Assembly (NCBI GenBank): GCA_012295275.1
Contig: CM022678.1
Coordinates: 12,648,001 to 12,712,000 of the forward strand
Source: Chrysomallon squamiferum
Taxonomy: Eukaryota > Animalia > Mollusca
Length of the DNA stretch: 64,000 nucleotides
Direction: 5' to 3'
Shown: piece by piece, positions 26,392 through 40,949 of the stretch
How the letters are laid out: each line of letters begins with the position of its first letter
Position numbering within the stretch: position 1 is the stretch's first letter
Made by a program: the position numbers and the translations under genes
Notes under the pieces: model-generated
Databases searched by the model: none
What the model saw: the letters and a program-made list of their open reading frames with translations, nothing else
Told to the model about the DNA's origin: nothing

Positions 26392-26591
26392 NNNNNNNNN
26401 NNNNNNNNNNNNNNNNNNNNNNNNNNNNNNNNNNNNNNNNNNNNNNNNNNNNNNNNNNNNNNNNNNNNNNNNNNNNNNNNNNNNNNNNNNNNNNNNNNNN
26501 NNNNNNNNNNNNNNNNNNNNNNNNNNNNNNNNNNNNNNNNNNNNNNNNNNNNNNNNNNNNNNNNNNNNNNNNNNNNNNNNNNNNNNNNNNN
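26392..26591. other. Assembly gap (200 N)
   Basis: Run of 200 n, probably a fixed-size scaffolding gap. Confidence 1.
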
Positions 26592-26620
26592 TATATTTTA
26601 TTAATTTAATTAAATAATTA

Positions 26621-26678
<58 letters not shown>

Positions 26679-27043
26679 GAATAACGATTTTTGAAAAGGT
26701 GTTTATGCATAAAAAACTTAATGCCACATTTTATTTATTCATTTTCAGTAATGAGAGTGTTCAAAATGACAAGGCTTAAAGAGACATATCATCATGCATT
26801 TAATCCAGTGAAACAGTTCTGACAACCATTTAAATACCATTTCGAAGGATTAATGTGTGATGTGAACTCTGATTTTAGATGAAATCAGTTTCGCAGGCAC
26901 ATTCTGGAGACATAGTGGTGCCATGTTAAACACAGATAGTTATCTGTTTATGGAATGAATATGGACACAACATGTTTGATGCTTGTACAATTTTATTTTT
27001 CCCAGTTCTAAGGTATATGTATAATCACTCTGTGAGTGAAAAT

Positions 27044-27083
<40 letters not shown>

Positions 27084-27649
27084 TGGCATACTTGGAAAAA
27101 GATTGTAAGTCAGGAAAACTAGAAGAAGTTACTAAGTTGCTGGAAACTGTCTTACAAACACCTAACATGCTGAGCCTGAAGGAGAGAAACCTACCTAAAA
27201 TAGACAAAGTTTTCAATGACATGTCTGGCAATACAGGTCTGATGCATACTTTTTTCTTTTTATGCCTCAATATTATTAAAAGCCCAAATCTTCTTATAAT
27301 CAGACATTTGGTAAGTACTGATAATTTGAAATAGAATACTTTCGTTTAAATCATTTAAAATACTTAGATGGATTTGCTTTCATTAATAAATATGTCATTT
27401 ATAAAAATGTTGATACTTGTTAAATGGTTATATGGATTTGTGTTAATTTATTAAATCTGTTAATTATTAAAATATCAAATTTTAAGATAAAGTGGTGGTT
27501 TATTTTCCAGCAGGTATAATGTGGAGCCAAAATTCTGTGAAGGAACATGAATAATACACAGGAATCACATGTCAGAAATCGGTCTCCTCCATTCAAGTGC
27601 CATTACAACAACAGCAGAAAGAAAATGTTTGGATTATGATTCAGAGCAA

Positions 27650-28760
27650 TCCAGCCTTTTAATTTACTCAAAAAATGAAAAATGGCTGCAAATCAAAAGA
27701 TGAGAGTGTCTTCCCGAATAATGGAGGAAGACCAAAGCAAGAGATGACCCAACATGGTGATACTTGATGACGGAGCTGAGTAAACAGTGAAGTACAAGAC
27801 AGGACCGATAACAGGACCGATCCAGAATTGAATGACTGGACTGATTGGCTGGCCCCTTCCACCAACTTTGTATCAGGTGCCTGGCAGGAAAGTCCAGTGG
27901 AAAACAGTTGGGTGAGAGTAATGTTAGAGGTATCAATATTTTGTTTTGTCCACCATTGCAAATGGTCAGTACATTTGATGGGTAGGATAAACTTACCTCA
28001 GAAATTGAGGCAAAAAATTTGGGTGGGGAATATATGGAGCTATCCACATTATGCAAATCTAGCCACCACATGGAAGCTAGTCAGGATGGCATAGGTGAAC
28101 TTGTTTTGGAAGGGGGGAACTGATAGTGAAAAACATGGAAAAAGCAGTTCAGTTCATGCATGGACTTCAGTGGTATGATTTTTATCAAAGTATCAAAATT
28201 TATTTGACTCTCTTATTAGTATCATCCACATTTCAGGATTAAACTTAATGTGTATTTAACAGTAATTCCTGTTTTCTTATTACAAATATCCCCTATTTCA
28301 CAGTTACATAACAAGCAATGGGGTCTTTTCTACCAGCAGAAACAACTTCAGCAAAACAAAACAAAAAGGCTCGTGTGTGGCAGTTTTAAGGGTAAAACAA
28401 ATGTGGGTATTTTTGGCACTAAAATGTAATCTAAAAATCTACTGTATTCTGTGGACTAAAGAGGGGAAATGAAAACATTTTGGTATGTTGTAATGTTGCT
28501 ACCTCAAATGTTTGCCAGAGGACTTTTGCTAGCAGACTGTGGCAGTGGGACACAAAAATGGAATCTCCATCATAAACATGGTACCTTTTTCCATCACATA
28601 ATAAACTTGTGATTTTTTCTGAAAGGTATTATCTATCAGAAATTTCAAATATCCATTAGAGATAAACATTGCTAGGAAATGGTCTTTATATCAGTGTGAT
28701 GGATGTGATACAAGATACTGAATTGCCTAATTCACAAACGTCCGTTTTAAAATCATTGTT
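27650..28760 (+). mobile_element. Decayed DIRS/Ngaro-like tyrosine-recombinase retrotransposon (gag and pre-RT remnant)
   Basis: Frameshifted ...QKIWVGEYMELSTL (~28010-28050) resembles the DIRS gag KIWxGEYVxLxxLL motif. NKLVIFLKG...NGLYISV.....ELPNSQTS (~28600-28743) resembles the LxxxLxGY...GFxI....PNxxS lead-in of DIRS RT. Confidence 0.5.
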
Positions 28761-29001
28761 TTGGCACACATGGACTCTCATACTCTAAAAAAAAAGCTAC
28801 AGACAAGCTTTTAAGAGGTAGAAAATTTTCCACTGCTGCTTTTACACAAGTGTTCCACTCATAACACTTACTTATTATCTTTTAAAAATTGATTTATTTA
28901 CTTGTTTATTTATTCAGTTTTGAGATCTAAAGAATATACAATGTCCATTTCCATTTACTTATTATCTTTTTAATAATGTTTTGTTTGTTTATTTTTTTCA
29001 G

Positions 29002-29105
29002 AGATCCAAAACATGTGGAATGGACAAAAGCCTGGAATCAGACAATTCAGAGCTTGCAGGCTTACATTAAAGAACATCACACAACTGGAGTTAATGGAAT
29101 CCAGC
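29002..29105 (+). pseudogene. Orphan exon of adenylyl cyclase-associated protein (CAP N-terminal helical domain)
   Basis: ttttcag acceptor, then DPKHVEWTKAWNQTIQSLQAYIKEHHTTGV(fs)WNP, the conserved CAP HVxWxK...LQAYIKExHTTGLxW motif. It is frameshifted and no other CAP exons were seen. Confidence 0.8.
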
Positions 29106-29564
29106 TTATCTCCCTTGTAACTGGAATCAGAACAGACTGATGTCCCATATCCTTGAAGTAAATAATAAATATATCTATCTATATATATATATATATATAT
29201 ATATTACATAAGAAAAAATAAACAAATTAACTAGGTTACTTGCATCTCTTTGTAATCTTTCATGACTGTTTGTTATTCCTTTTTTAAATTACTTTTTTTA
29301 TTTGTTTTTATAAACTTTGTTCTTAATTAGAATAAAAGATTCATGGCCCTCTGTCCCTATCTCTCACTTGCTCTTACTCTCAAGGAATAGCTGAAGTTTA
29401 CAGTACTTCAAATATGTTTACTTTGTGTGTGTATGCATATAATCTCCAGATAGATAAATGATCGTAAGTAAATTACTAACAGCTGTGTACAAAATATAAC
29501 AGATAACACACATCCAATTAAAATCTCACTCAGTCTGTTATGCTCTCACACACACACACACACA

Positions 29565-29603
<39 letters not shown>

Positions 29604-29867
29604 GCGGAACAGGTAGAGTTTCAGTGATGTCCCATGTCCTGAAGTAAATAACAGATTTTTTTGATTTTTTTATTATTATTATTATTTTCTAGGTTTGTGA
29701 AGAGTAACTTGTTAAACTAGAATAACTGTGTTTTTAATTGGAAATAAATATCTTCTCCATTTCTTTTATTCTTTCTCTTTTTGTAACCTTATTTTTCACT
29801 AATATGTGATATAAGATTGAATTATTATTACTATTATTACTATTACTATTATTTTCACTGTTTATAG

Positions 29868-30651
29868 AAGAAAAACAATGTTTATGAGCCACCTCTCTCA
29901 CCCGTTCCAACCATCATTGATATTTTCTCAGTTATAACATGGAGTAAGGAAGTAAAAACCTGATTACTGAAGAACAGTATTACAAGGTAATTTTCTTAGA
30001 AGCAGGAACTGGATATTAGGTTTTTAATATGTATTTTTGATGATAAGAACAAATTACATAAATATACTTTGTTTTAATTTGTCAATAGTAATCAAACTTT
30101 GCTAACAATAAATATTTTAAGCTGATATTATTCTGTTGTAAAAATAATGATTATTTAATTTAAAAAATGAATGCACTAATCTTTGTTAATAATAAATTAT
30201 GATATCAGAATTATAATTCTGAAAAGAGCACATGTATATACCAATATTATTGCATTTATTGTGATGTCATTTCATGTGCTAAGTGTGAAAACACAAACCT
30301 TTACAGATTATAGATATGATTAGTTTTTAACGATTCACTCAGTGTTATTTTTTATTTAGATATTTTAACAAAACAGTGTAACAAATATTTAATTCTGAAT
30401 TCAAATCTCAAGAAAAACAAGATTATATATTTTTTTTTTTTTTTGTCCTCGTATATTTTTTTTTGCTTGATTGTCTTTTTAATTTTGACCATCCTCCTCT
30501 CTCTCTCATGAATTTCTGTGATTACCTATTTTAGTATTTATATTTGGTAATTGAAATATTACATTTATTTCAGGCAGCTGAGGTTTATTTACCAGACTTT
30601 GAAGAAAGAACTAAAATTGAAGTCTGTAAACAGCATTATGGAATTCACTAA
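29868..30651 (+). pseudogene. Two orphan exons (29868-29986, 30574-30651) of an unidentified gene 3' end
   Basis: GT-AG flanked: KKNNVYEPPLSPVPTIIDIF..(fs)NLITEEQYYK|AAEVYLPDFEERTKIEVCKQHYGIH*. Confidence 0.35.
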
Positions 30652-31396
30652 TCTTCTCAAATATATTCAACAACAAAGATGATTTTTCTGTCTCTCTCTT
30701 TGTGTAATGTGTCCCTGTCTCTGACCTTATTTTTATTTTGTCTCCATTTCTCTTATTCTCAGTTTGTTCTTTTTGTCCATACATGCTACTTCTCTCCATT
30801 TGGGTCTTTTGCATTGGTTTTAGTGTTGTTGTTGTTTTTGTTTCCTTGTTTTATTTAGTTTTTAGTTTTGCTTTTGTTTTTTATTATTACTGTTGTTACT
30901 ATTATTATTATTTCCTTTTCTTTCCCTTTATTATTTGTTTTTAAAATAATAATTTCACTTTCTTTCTTATCATATATCTGTTTCTTTTTCTTCAACAAAA
31001 AATGATATTAAACAGTCTCAGTGCATTTACTTGTACACCTGTTTTATATTGCAGAATATTTTCTGATATTTATTGATTTTTATTAAATTTTTACATTAAA
31101 TTTGTGTTCATAAGTCTTATATATAGAGGGAGTGGGATGCTGGCAATCCAATCAGTCACTCTTTATGTGAATGTGTGTCTGTGTTTGTGTATTGGGACAT
31201 GTTTGCATTTGCATTTGTGTAGGTGGATATGGATGTGTGTATTACTAAAAGAAAAAGAAAAAATGTATAGTATGGTACAGGAACAAGAGAACATAGGGAG
31301 GTATAGTTTAACAGACCACACCCCTAGATCTCCACCCACTTCTCTACAGAGAAATATTTATTTGATAAAATACACTAGTTATGTCAATCTTATAAT

Positions 31397-34271
31397 TTAA
31401 TGACTATTGTTGATCTTTTTCAGAATATTAATATTCCTGTGAAGAAATTTCTGAATATTATTTATAATTTTCATTATTTTTTATTAAATGTCAACATAAG
31501 TTGTCTCAAAAATGGTGCTTTGTTGGTTAAACATCTGCACACTTTAACTTCAAACATCTTTCTGAAGAAATATTCTTTTGATTTCACCACATCAGTTGTG
31601 AGGACTTTGTAATAAGTATTGTGAAAACAACTGATGTCTTCAAATGAGGATGATATAAATTGTGTTACCCCTTCCCTCGATTGCTGACTGCACATCATAA
31701 AAACAAAAGACATGAACTCCCTATAAGAATGTATTTCTGTTAGTTTGTGTACATTTCCATAAACATATTGAGTAATTTATCCCATTTACAGTTTACAAAA
31801 GGCACTTGAGATACACATGAATATTCACTAAAAATACTTAAATAAGATAATTTTAGACATATGTATGTATGTGCATATATTGAGGAAAATTAAAGATTTT
31901 ACAAATTAATAAAAAGGTCAGTTAAAAACAATGTAGTATGAAAACAACATAATTAAAACCTTTTAAGACATAATTAAATATATTCTAATATGGACACAGA
32001 GGCACTATATATATATATATATATATATATTCAATATGTTAATAGAAAAAATACATTAAAATAATGGTTAATTAAAAAGAACATAGCAATTAAAATCTAG
32101 TACAGGGTAATTAAACATTACAGATTGAAACTAAATCTATATGGCAGCAAATATATTTTGATATAATTAAATATATTTTGAAGTAATTTGATAAGGGTAA
32201 TGGTTAACAAGAAAAGAAAATTAACAAAATATTGATATAACTGATAACTAACTACTTACAACTTGGCAGTTTTACTTAGTAACTTGTTACTCTGAACATA
32301 TATTTATTATTTTTTCATTATGATAAAGTTCAAGCTTTAATAATTCCCATTTTCTCTGTATCATTAAAGATACAGTCACTATAGAACCTCTTACATACTG
32401 TGTCAGATCGTATTTTTATGAGTCTTCTGACATCTGCTTTTACCATAGTTCAAATTATTGTTTTAAATGGTGACAAAAACTGTTCTTCAAAACAAGACTA
32501 TAGATAATAAATTATGAACATCAGGAAAATATTATTTGCATTGATGTTACTCTTGAAAGGAATTAAAAAAAATAAAAAAAATAAAAAATTTTAATACTTT
32601 TAAGTGTTTTTCTGTTTCATGAAAAATGATAATGCAGTAAAATTTGTTTAATATTTATTGTAAATTAATATTGACCATTGATAAAAATTCATTTGAAAAC
32701 TACAAGTCATATTAATTTCATTTAAATTATTTAAAATTATGTAAACTAGAAACTGAACACAGAAATAAATTCAGGATTATTTTAAAACATGTTATTGAAA
32801 ACTAGCTGATAATAGTATAAATTAAGAGTTAATGCTTATCTATCACAGACAAACATACATACACATAAATGCATATTTATATATTTTTATTATTAACATA
32901 TCTATAAATACAGATCTGTTGCCTTTTAATAGTATTTTGATTTTTTATAGTGATCACACACACATACTATACATGTACATTCATATATTAACAATACGAA
33001 CAGATGTATGTTTATATAATTTTATAAAATCTGAAGTATGTGGTAATTAGGAACAAAGAACAATGAAAAACATCATAAAAATTCATATAAATACATTTTT
33101 CTTATTTTAAAACACATTACAAAAATTGTGATGGTTTTTGGGGGCTGGAACTGATTAATGGTATTTCAATTAATTTTAGTTTGGAAAATTGATTTGATAT
33201 ACGAGCAAACTGAGATACAAGCTCAGACAAGCAATGAATTAAACTTGTAAGTCAAGGTATCACTGAACTTTAGGTTCACCCTTCTAGTGGACCAGTATCA
33301 TACTTTTTTCCTCTCCTTTTCTTCTTTTTCTTCTTATTTTTAGAATTTGTAACAATTAATTACACCTTTTTGTCTATAAATTGTACAATTTTCTTTGATA
33401 TTACATTTAAAAAGATAAATTTTATTCTTTAATCACCTATTTGTGTTTTTTGTCTATGAACTGCACATTTAAAGAAAAAGAAAGTAAAAAATACAAAAAT
33501 AAAAAGTTTCTATCCATTAACCATACACATTTTTGAGCTTTTTGTCAACAAATTGTATGTTTTTTATTTATTAATTTTTGTTGTTTTTAAACTGTAATGT
33601 TTGGAAAAATAATATATATATTTTTTTATATATAAACAATAGAAAAGTTAATAACAATATTCAGAATACATGAATAATTACATGCAATGAAAATCAATGT
33701 AGAAATTATTGTATAATCTGAAAGCAATTTGCATTAATTGTTGTAATATTTCTCTGTGATTATAATAAAATAATAATGAAAATTTACAAACACATTTCAT
33801 GGTTTTTACATGAGGAAACACTAAATAATATTAATAATGAAAATTTACAGATCCATTTTAATAAAACTCATTTTAGTTTTGACAAGACTACTGAATGCTA
33901 ATACTGAAATTATAAAAATACGTATATAGTAATACATATATAAATAAGACTAAAAAAAAACAAAAGGACAAAAATTTAATTTTTTAAATAATAACAATTA
34001 TACTAATACTGCAGTTATTTTAAAGTACACTTTCTGTAGAGACCTTTTCATTTTAACACGACATAATGTATATATTTTTTTTATTTACCATAATTATTAC
34101 AGTATTTACCTTTTAATCACAGTAAGTGTATTCTAGAACTGATGGAAAACATTCTCTTATTTGGATCTTGTTTTGGGTTGTTTTCACAAGGCATGTGAAA
34201 GAAGATACAGAAACAGAAGAATGACTTGAATGCAGAGCTGTTGTACTGTGAGTGACATCAGACTCAAATAC
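31397..34271 (-). pseudogene. Possible decayed multi-exon gene (exon-like segments ~31397-31687, 32399-32497, 34110-34271)
   Basis: Higher-complexity islands flanked by splice-like signals, but containing stops. No family recognised. Confidence 0.25.
33090..33265 (+). mobile_element. Terminal fragment of the same Tigger family as 2861-3415, in inverted orientation
   Basis: Reverse complement of ~2861-3030, ending AAGTCAAGGTATCACTG. Confidence 0.8.
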
Positions 34272-34378
34272 CTGGCTACAAGTAACAGAAAACTCACAGA
34301 AATTCTCAACAACTTTACACAGTCAACACTTGGGTGTTATTTTCTGTGCTACTGTTTGGAATCAACATTCCCACTTTA

Positions 34379-34609
34379 TACACTGACACAAACCAAACAT
34401 TACATTTGTGATAACCCAACACTAGACATTATACCCTGAAACATACCAAACATTACATTTAATGTAACACAACACTAGACATTACACACTGAAATACACC
34501 AAACATTACATTTATGATACCTCAACACTAGACTTTATACACTGCAATACACCAAACATTACATTTATGATACCTCAACACTAGACATTATACACTGAAA
34601 TATACCAAA
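34379..34609. repeat. 53-bp minisatellite, ~4.3 copies
   Basis: TACACTGAAATACACCAAACATTACATTTATGATACCTCAACACTAGACATTA-type units. Confidence 0.9.
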
Positions 34610-34772
34610 GAACAGACAGATGCATAAGTGATATGGAGATGCAGGAAAATGTTAAAATAATTTACTTATTCTCCTGTATGAAGAAATTAACATAATAAAC
34701 TATCTGTGTTTTGTTAAAACACGCTTGGAAGAGTCCATTAGTAGAGTTACCAGACTCACTGGTATGTAACAC

Positions 34773-35349
34773 TGTCAGACAGTTGCATGTGACCCATAAT
34801 TAACACAGTCGTCACGTGACCAAATTAGAACCCCACAACGGGTGTAAAACTCTTCCCTCAAAATAGCACTAACCATACATGCAGACCTCCCTGTATCAGG
34901 TAGACAGATGCCTGATTTGGCTCAGCTCTAACAGAATGCAGGGAGCAAGGTCACATATGTATTTATAGTTAGCCAGTGTTAAATCACTAGAAACACAGTA
35001 TGAGTTTAGATCTAAAGAATATATGTATTATATGATCTAATAATAGTTATTTACTGAATAAGCTTACAATAATTACATGGCAGATTACAAACAGTGTCAC
35101 GCCTCACCCAAAACAACACTCAGCATAGCTTATATAATTCTTAAGAAAAATGTAACATCTATTAACAAGAGATGCTATTTTCATCACTCATAGCTTATAT
35201 AATTTTAAATGAAACCTGTTAGTCTGTCACACTTAGCTTATATAATTTTAAATGAAATCTAACATCTATTATTATTAAACCTGTTAGTCTGTCACACATA
35301 GCTTATATAATTGTTACATATTAAAGAGGAAACTGTTGTCTCTGTCACA
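34773..35349. mobile_element. Solo LTR (TG...CA) with 5-bp TSD AACAC
   Basis: aacac|TGTCAGAC...TCTGTCACA|aacac. The paralogous empty site with a single aacac is at 57394-57398. Confidence 0.8.
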
Positions 35350-35649
35350 AACACAACGTCACTAGTGGATGTCAGAGGATGTCACAAGAACTCGTACAAT
35401 GCATTATTCCATTGCAATGTGTTTTTGTTGAATACAGAACATACAGCATCTAATAAAGAATGCAAAAGTAATTACAATTTATAAAGCATGTTTATTATGT
35501 TAAGTTTTGATGGCATTACAATACACTCCATATTATAATAAAAAATACTACAAAAATCTAAAAGAAATTAGTGAAACAGTAAACTCTAAATTATTTCATT
35601 TCAACAAAATTCAGATTTAGTACTTACTCATTTAACTATGTTATATTGG

Positions 35650-35694
<45 letters not shown>

Positions 35695-38600
35695 TAAATT
35701 ATTATATTTCTAATTTAGTATTCAAAATAATAAAATTAGTTTTATTATATTTAATCACTATTTTAAAATGTTAGCAATTTAATGGACCTTTACAGTCAAG
35801 GTTTACTTTTATGGGTACTCTCACTTTTGTTACACATCCATTTGTCATATTAAAAAAGTCATGGTCAAATGAACTGGTAATTAGATGCCCTCTTTCTGGT
35901 ATACAATAATGGATTCACCTTCCCAGTTGTTGCACAATCAGCTTAGGAATTAATTAAGCAATTGATCCCTATTACCATTTACCAGAAGTCAAAATCAAAA
36001 ACAGCAAAGTTTAAACAAAGCAATTTAAAGTGATTTAATTTCTGGTGATACTGGAAACTTAGTTAATTTCCTGCGTTGCTAATCCCACAAAAAAAACAGC
36101 TTAATACAACCACACTATCATGTGACTTGCACAACCAATCAGAACAAGTATTTTGTTAATCTGATTTCATGTTTATGAAAGTGGAAACAAAAGCCACTTG
36201 TGACAATCTTAGAGAAAACCTGCTGTGGTACTTTATCATAACACATCTTGTAGAAAGCCAGTCAGCAACTACGAAACGTCAAAGTATATAACACATGTAT
36301 ATATTAATATTAGAACATACACACCAAATTCGTAAGAACATGAAGTACAAATACCGTTATTAACCATATAAATATATTCCCAGTTAATAATGATAATAAT
36401 AATAATAATAATAATAATATAAATAAATAAATATATAAATATATTTAAAAAAATAAATTCTTTCTGTTCTTATTCAGTGTATGAAGATAAAATAAATGAA
36501 TGAAATATTTTAATTGTATATAATAGACAAGTATTACAAACAATATATTTAAAAATGTATATATTTATACATAAATTGGCACATATCATACATCATTTAT
36601 GTAATAGTGGCATAACCAGCAAAGGTTAGCACATTATACAATACTTTCTGTTTTATATAATTTAAAAACAAACGAGTAAATTAAAGGTAAATTATTATAA
36701 AGCTTTTTTCATTCATCAAATCCTATACATTCCTCAAAATAATTTTTAATAAAAATAATAACTACTCACTAAAAACAAAAACAAAATAAATAATTAAAAA
36801 TCTTTTTTTTTTTTTTTTTTTTTTTTAATTCCTTGTTTGATACAAGTTATTTACAAATAAAATATAGTACTAAAATGTTATCACACTAATTAAATCAGTT
36901 TAACTTACACACTCATAGTTCAACGGTCAAACAGATAAATGTAAATATTATTAACTAAAAATATTTCTAATTTAAAATTACATTTATTTTATTAATGATT
37001 TACTATTTTACAATTATTAACTAAGAAATGTTCCTACTTTGTAATTAATGAAGTTAAATATAAAAAAATATCAATTCAATGAAGATTTACATTTGCTTTA
37101 TAAATTTTGTTACTATCTATTTTCTAATGATAATTTAATCAAATGTAAACATTATATGATTATTAAGAGAAAAAATGCAGATATTTTCTTTTGTATGACA
37201 TAAGCAATAAAAAATAGACCTATAATATATATAAAATTATAAACATAGTAAAACATTTAGTACCATAAAACAATCTATTTAAAAAACATTGTATATATAT
37301 ACTTTAAAATACAAATTTATTTATTAAAAATATGAAAAATACAAACATTTTATAAAACAAAAATGTATATAAACTCCAAATGAAAATACAAGTTTACTTA
37401 GTATAAACATAGTAAAATTTTCATTTATTATTTCAGAACTATTTTGCGAAGTAGAAAAAAAAAAAAAAAAACAACTTTTACACAACATACTACTTTTCGT
37501 AATATAACTATAGTAAAAAATTTAGTAGTGCAGAATTATTTTGTCTAATAAAAAATATACATTAAACATTTCGTCTCAACTTTAAAACCTAACTGTAATT
37601 ATAACATCCTATATAACAGATATTTCCAAACATGAACAAGTAATAATCAAGTCATCATGAATAATATAACAAACCTGATTTAAAAACTGCCCAACTTTTC
37701 ACTTACTGAATAACCTGATCAAAATTAACATCAGTAAACCAGGCATATCTTAACATTTTTTTTAATGGAATTGTGCAATAAATACCCCAAACTCTTTCAT
37801 TGAAAATTAAAAATTAAGTGAAATTTTCATAAAGACTCAGGTATTTTAATATTTCTTTTCATGTACAAATACAACAGAGAGTAAAATATTTTGAATAGAT
37901 ACAACAGCTATAAACTATTTGTATAGAAACAAAAACTACACAATATTTGAACAGAAACAGCAGAGTACATAGTACAGTAACATTTTACAGCATCTAGATA
38001 CAAACCAGACTACACAGCAATAGCTGCACAAACTTACACTGGATTTAATTCTTCATCACAATGATTTAGTTCACAGATCTTATTTTGAAAATGTGGTCTG
38101 GCTCATGTATCAATAATTATACTTTTGAACTGAAAAACTAAAACTGTTCACAGTATTCAACACAATTAAATACACTGACACAACATTACATCAAAAATAA
38201 GCACAAATGAAGCAGTGTAAACTGAAACTACATCAGAAATAAATGCGTTTCAGGATCAAGTACAAAATTAAGATCAACTTTGTACCACAGAAATTACAAA
38301 CAGAATTTAGATTTCTTCACAATTATTCTGTTTATTATGAACATCAGTTTTATACAAAAATGCTCTGAACAACTTTAAAATGTTCTCACTAGCTGACCTT
38401 CCATTTAAAGTGACAGACTGTGTAAATAACATCCTAAATTGAAAACTTCAGTTTCATATCAAAATTTATTTCTAACTATCTTTAGCACCATGCTTCAATA
38501 AATATGAAACATTTTGTTGCAACTCTTAGCTTTGTCAAGAGGAGTTTCACCATTGGCATTAATAGCATTTACATCAACACCTTTTTCAGTGAGTTCTCTC

Positions 38601-40949
38601 ACAATTTCTATCTTTCCTTTTTGAGCTGCTAAATGTAAAACAGAATTGTTATCATTGTCTGTTAAATTAGGGTCAGCTCCATGGTCCAGTAAAAACAAAG
38701 CTGCTTTCTTCTCATTAGAGTACACAGCTCTAAAAGAGGAGTTTTACCTCGACTGTTCTTAATATTTACATCAAAACCTTTTTCAATCAGTGTTGTCACA
38801 ATTTCCATATTTCCACATCTAGCTGCAAGATATAAAGCAGAATCGTTACAAAGGTCAGTTACTTTGGGATCAGCTCCATGGTTCAGTAAATAAAAAGCTA
38901 TATTTTCATTATTATACAAAGGGTTGGAAAGATGATATCTGTAGTTACACAGAGCTGTAAGAAGAGGCGTTACACCTTGCCTGTTCTTAATATTTACATC
39001 GAAACCTTTTTCAGTCAGTAGTTTCACAATTTCTATATTTCCATCTTGAGCTGCTAAATGTAAAACAGAATTGTTGTTATTGTCAGTTACATTGGGATCA
39101 GCTCCTTGTTTTAGTAAATATAAAGCTATTTCTGATCTGTTATGAGAAAATTCACTGTATCAGTGACTCCTCATATTGCTGCTGCTAAAACTACTTTATC
39201 TCTGTTCTCATCATTCAAACAATCAGGTTTTAGTTTTACTATTTCTCTGACAAGAGAAATAGAAGTACTCTGACAAGCAGCAATGATAGCAATGTCTTCA
39301 ATTTCGTTTATAATATCAGTGGTAACCAGTTTCTTAAAAAGATAGCTCACATCAACAATTTCAGAAGTCTTTGAGTTCTCAAAATGCGTGTTACTTGATT
39401 CAACTATTACCTGTCTATGGAACATAACCAATAACAGCTTAACAGCTTTTTCCTTGATTTCACTGTTGTGTTTCTCATTTTGTATCATGTCAGCTAACAG
39501 AAGGGCAATTTTGATGTCATCTGAACAAATAGAAACAAGTAAGAGATGTGAATATTCATTCAAATTCATCTCTTCTTTACACAGTAATAGTTCTTTGAGT
39601 ATGGTAGTATTGTCTTTTCTTGAACAAGCAGCTGCTTTCAATGTATCAAATATTGGAATAAAACCTGAATTTACCAACATTCTCACAATATCTTCATTAC
39701 CAAACAAACAAGAAACATCCAAAAGTTCTTTTTTCAGATCTGTTAATTTCATTTTACACACATTTTCTGTCAAAAATCTTGACAATGTTTTCTTTCCATT
39801 CGCAGTGCACTCACTTTGAACAGTTGGTGAAATTTTAATTTTGTTTTCACTTTCCAAATACCACAGATAACTAGGATGATACTTTGAATCACTGTCAAGA
39901 AGACATGAAATTTTGCTAAATATTTTATTAACAGTGTCTATACATACAGATGAATAAAATATTCATTTTCATGTTTATGAAGTTCTTGATGCAGTATTTC
40001 AGACAACTTATCATTAAAGTATTTTTGCTCTATGAGATACTTCACAAACTGTTCATCATTCAGTGATGGATGTGAAATAATTTCTTTGGCATCACTTGAT
40101 GCCAGCAAGTCAGTAAATCTGCGAGCAAGAACATCAAAGCAGTCAGTTTTAAGAGTCATTGTGACTTTTGTTAGACACTCCAGGCGTCACAACATATTCT
40201 AACAACATGGACACAGGACACACTTCTAGCAACTCTGCTGCTTTCTTTGGAAACTCTGATGAAAACATCAGAAACAAAGAGTCAAATACTGACTGGTGAA
40301 TAAATGTGTATTTATTGTCAGAACACTTCAAATAGGTACCACACATTTCATCAGCTGTTTCCTTGATATGTGTAAGATCAGTGTTTTCTACATTCAGACA
40401 GACTCGCTCTAGCAGCCCTATTAATTTCATTGTGTCACTGTCAGTGTCATTTTCATGTGTATCCAGTGAATCGATGCTGAGACTGCCTTGCTGAAACATG
40501 ATCAGCAGCAGTACCAGGTAATTAATCTGTAAAGTTTTATCTTTTTTCAAATTTTCCAGCTCTTGTCGGAGATATTCTACAGGTTTCTCAAAAAATTTAA
40601 ATCCTCTTTTTTGTGCATCACTTGAATTAACATAATACACACACACCTGAGGAAATCCTAACTCTGTACATGAATGGCGAATGACAGTCCATTTATCATC
40701 GTCATCCATTGTAACATTCTTTTGTTCAAGATACGTATTTAGAATTTCTCTCTTTTCCTTGTAATTCAGACAATAGTCATCACTCTGCAGGTCAAGGAGA
40801 TGATCCTCATTAAACAGATCAAATTTCTTGAGACTGTCTATAACTTCTGTAAATATTTGTTTTCTTAAGGTAATAATACATCTCACATACTGATTTTTAA
40901 CAAGATTCCACACCTTTGGAATCTGCTGTTTCCGAGACAACACGAAGTC

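Noticed and set aside
27083-27310. ORF MAYLEKDCKSGKLEEV... with a donor at 27311
   Set aside because: No recognisable family, and the next exon-like segment has stops. It may be TE-derived.
39388-39819. 143-aa plus-strand ORF
   Set aside because: Antisense shadow of the STAND-ankyrin exon.
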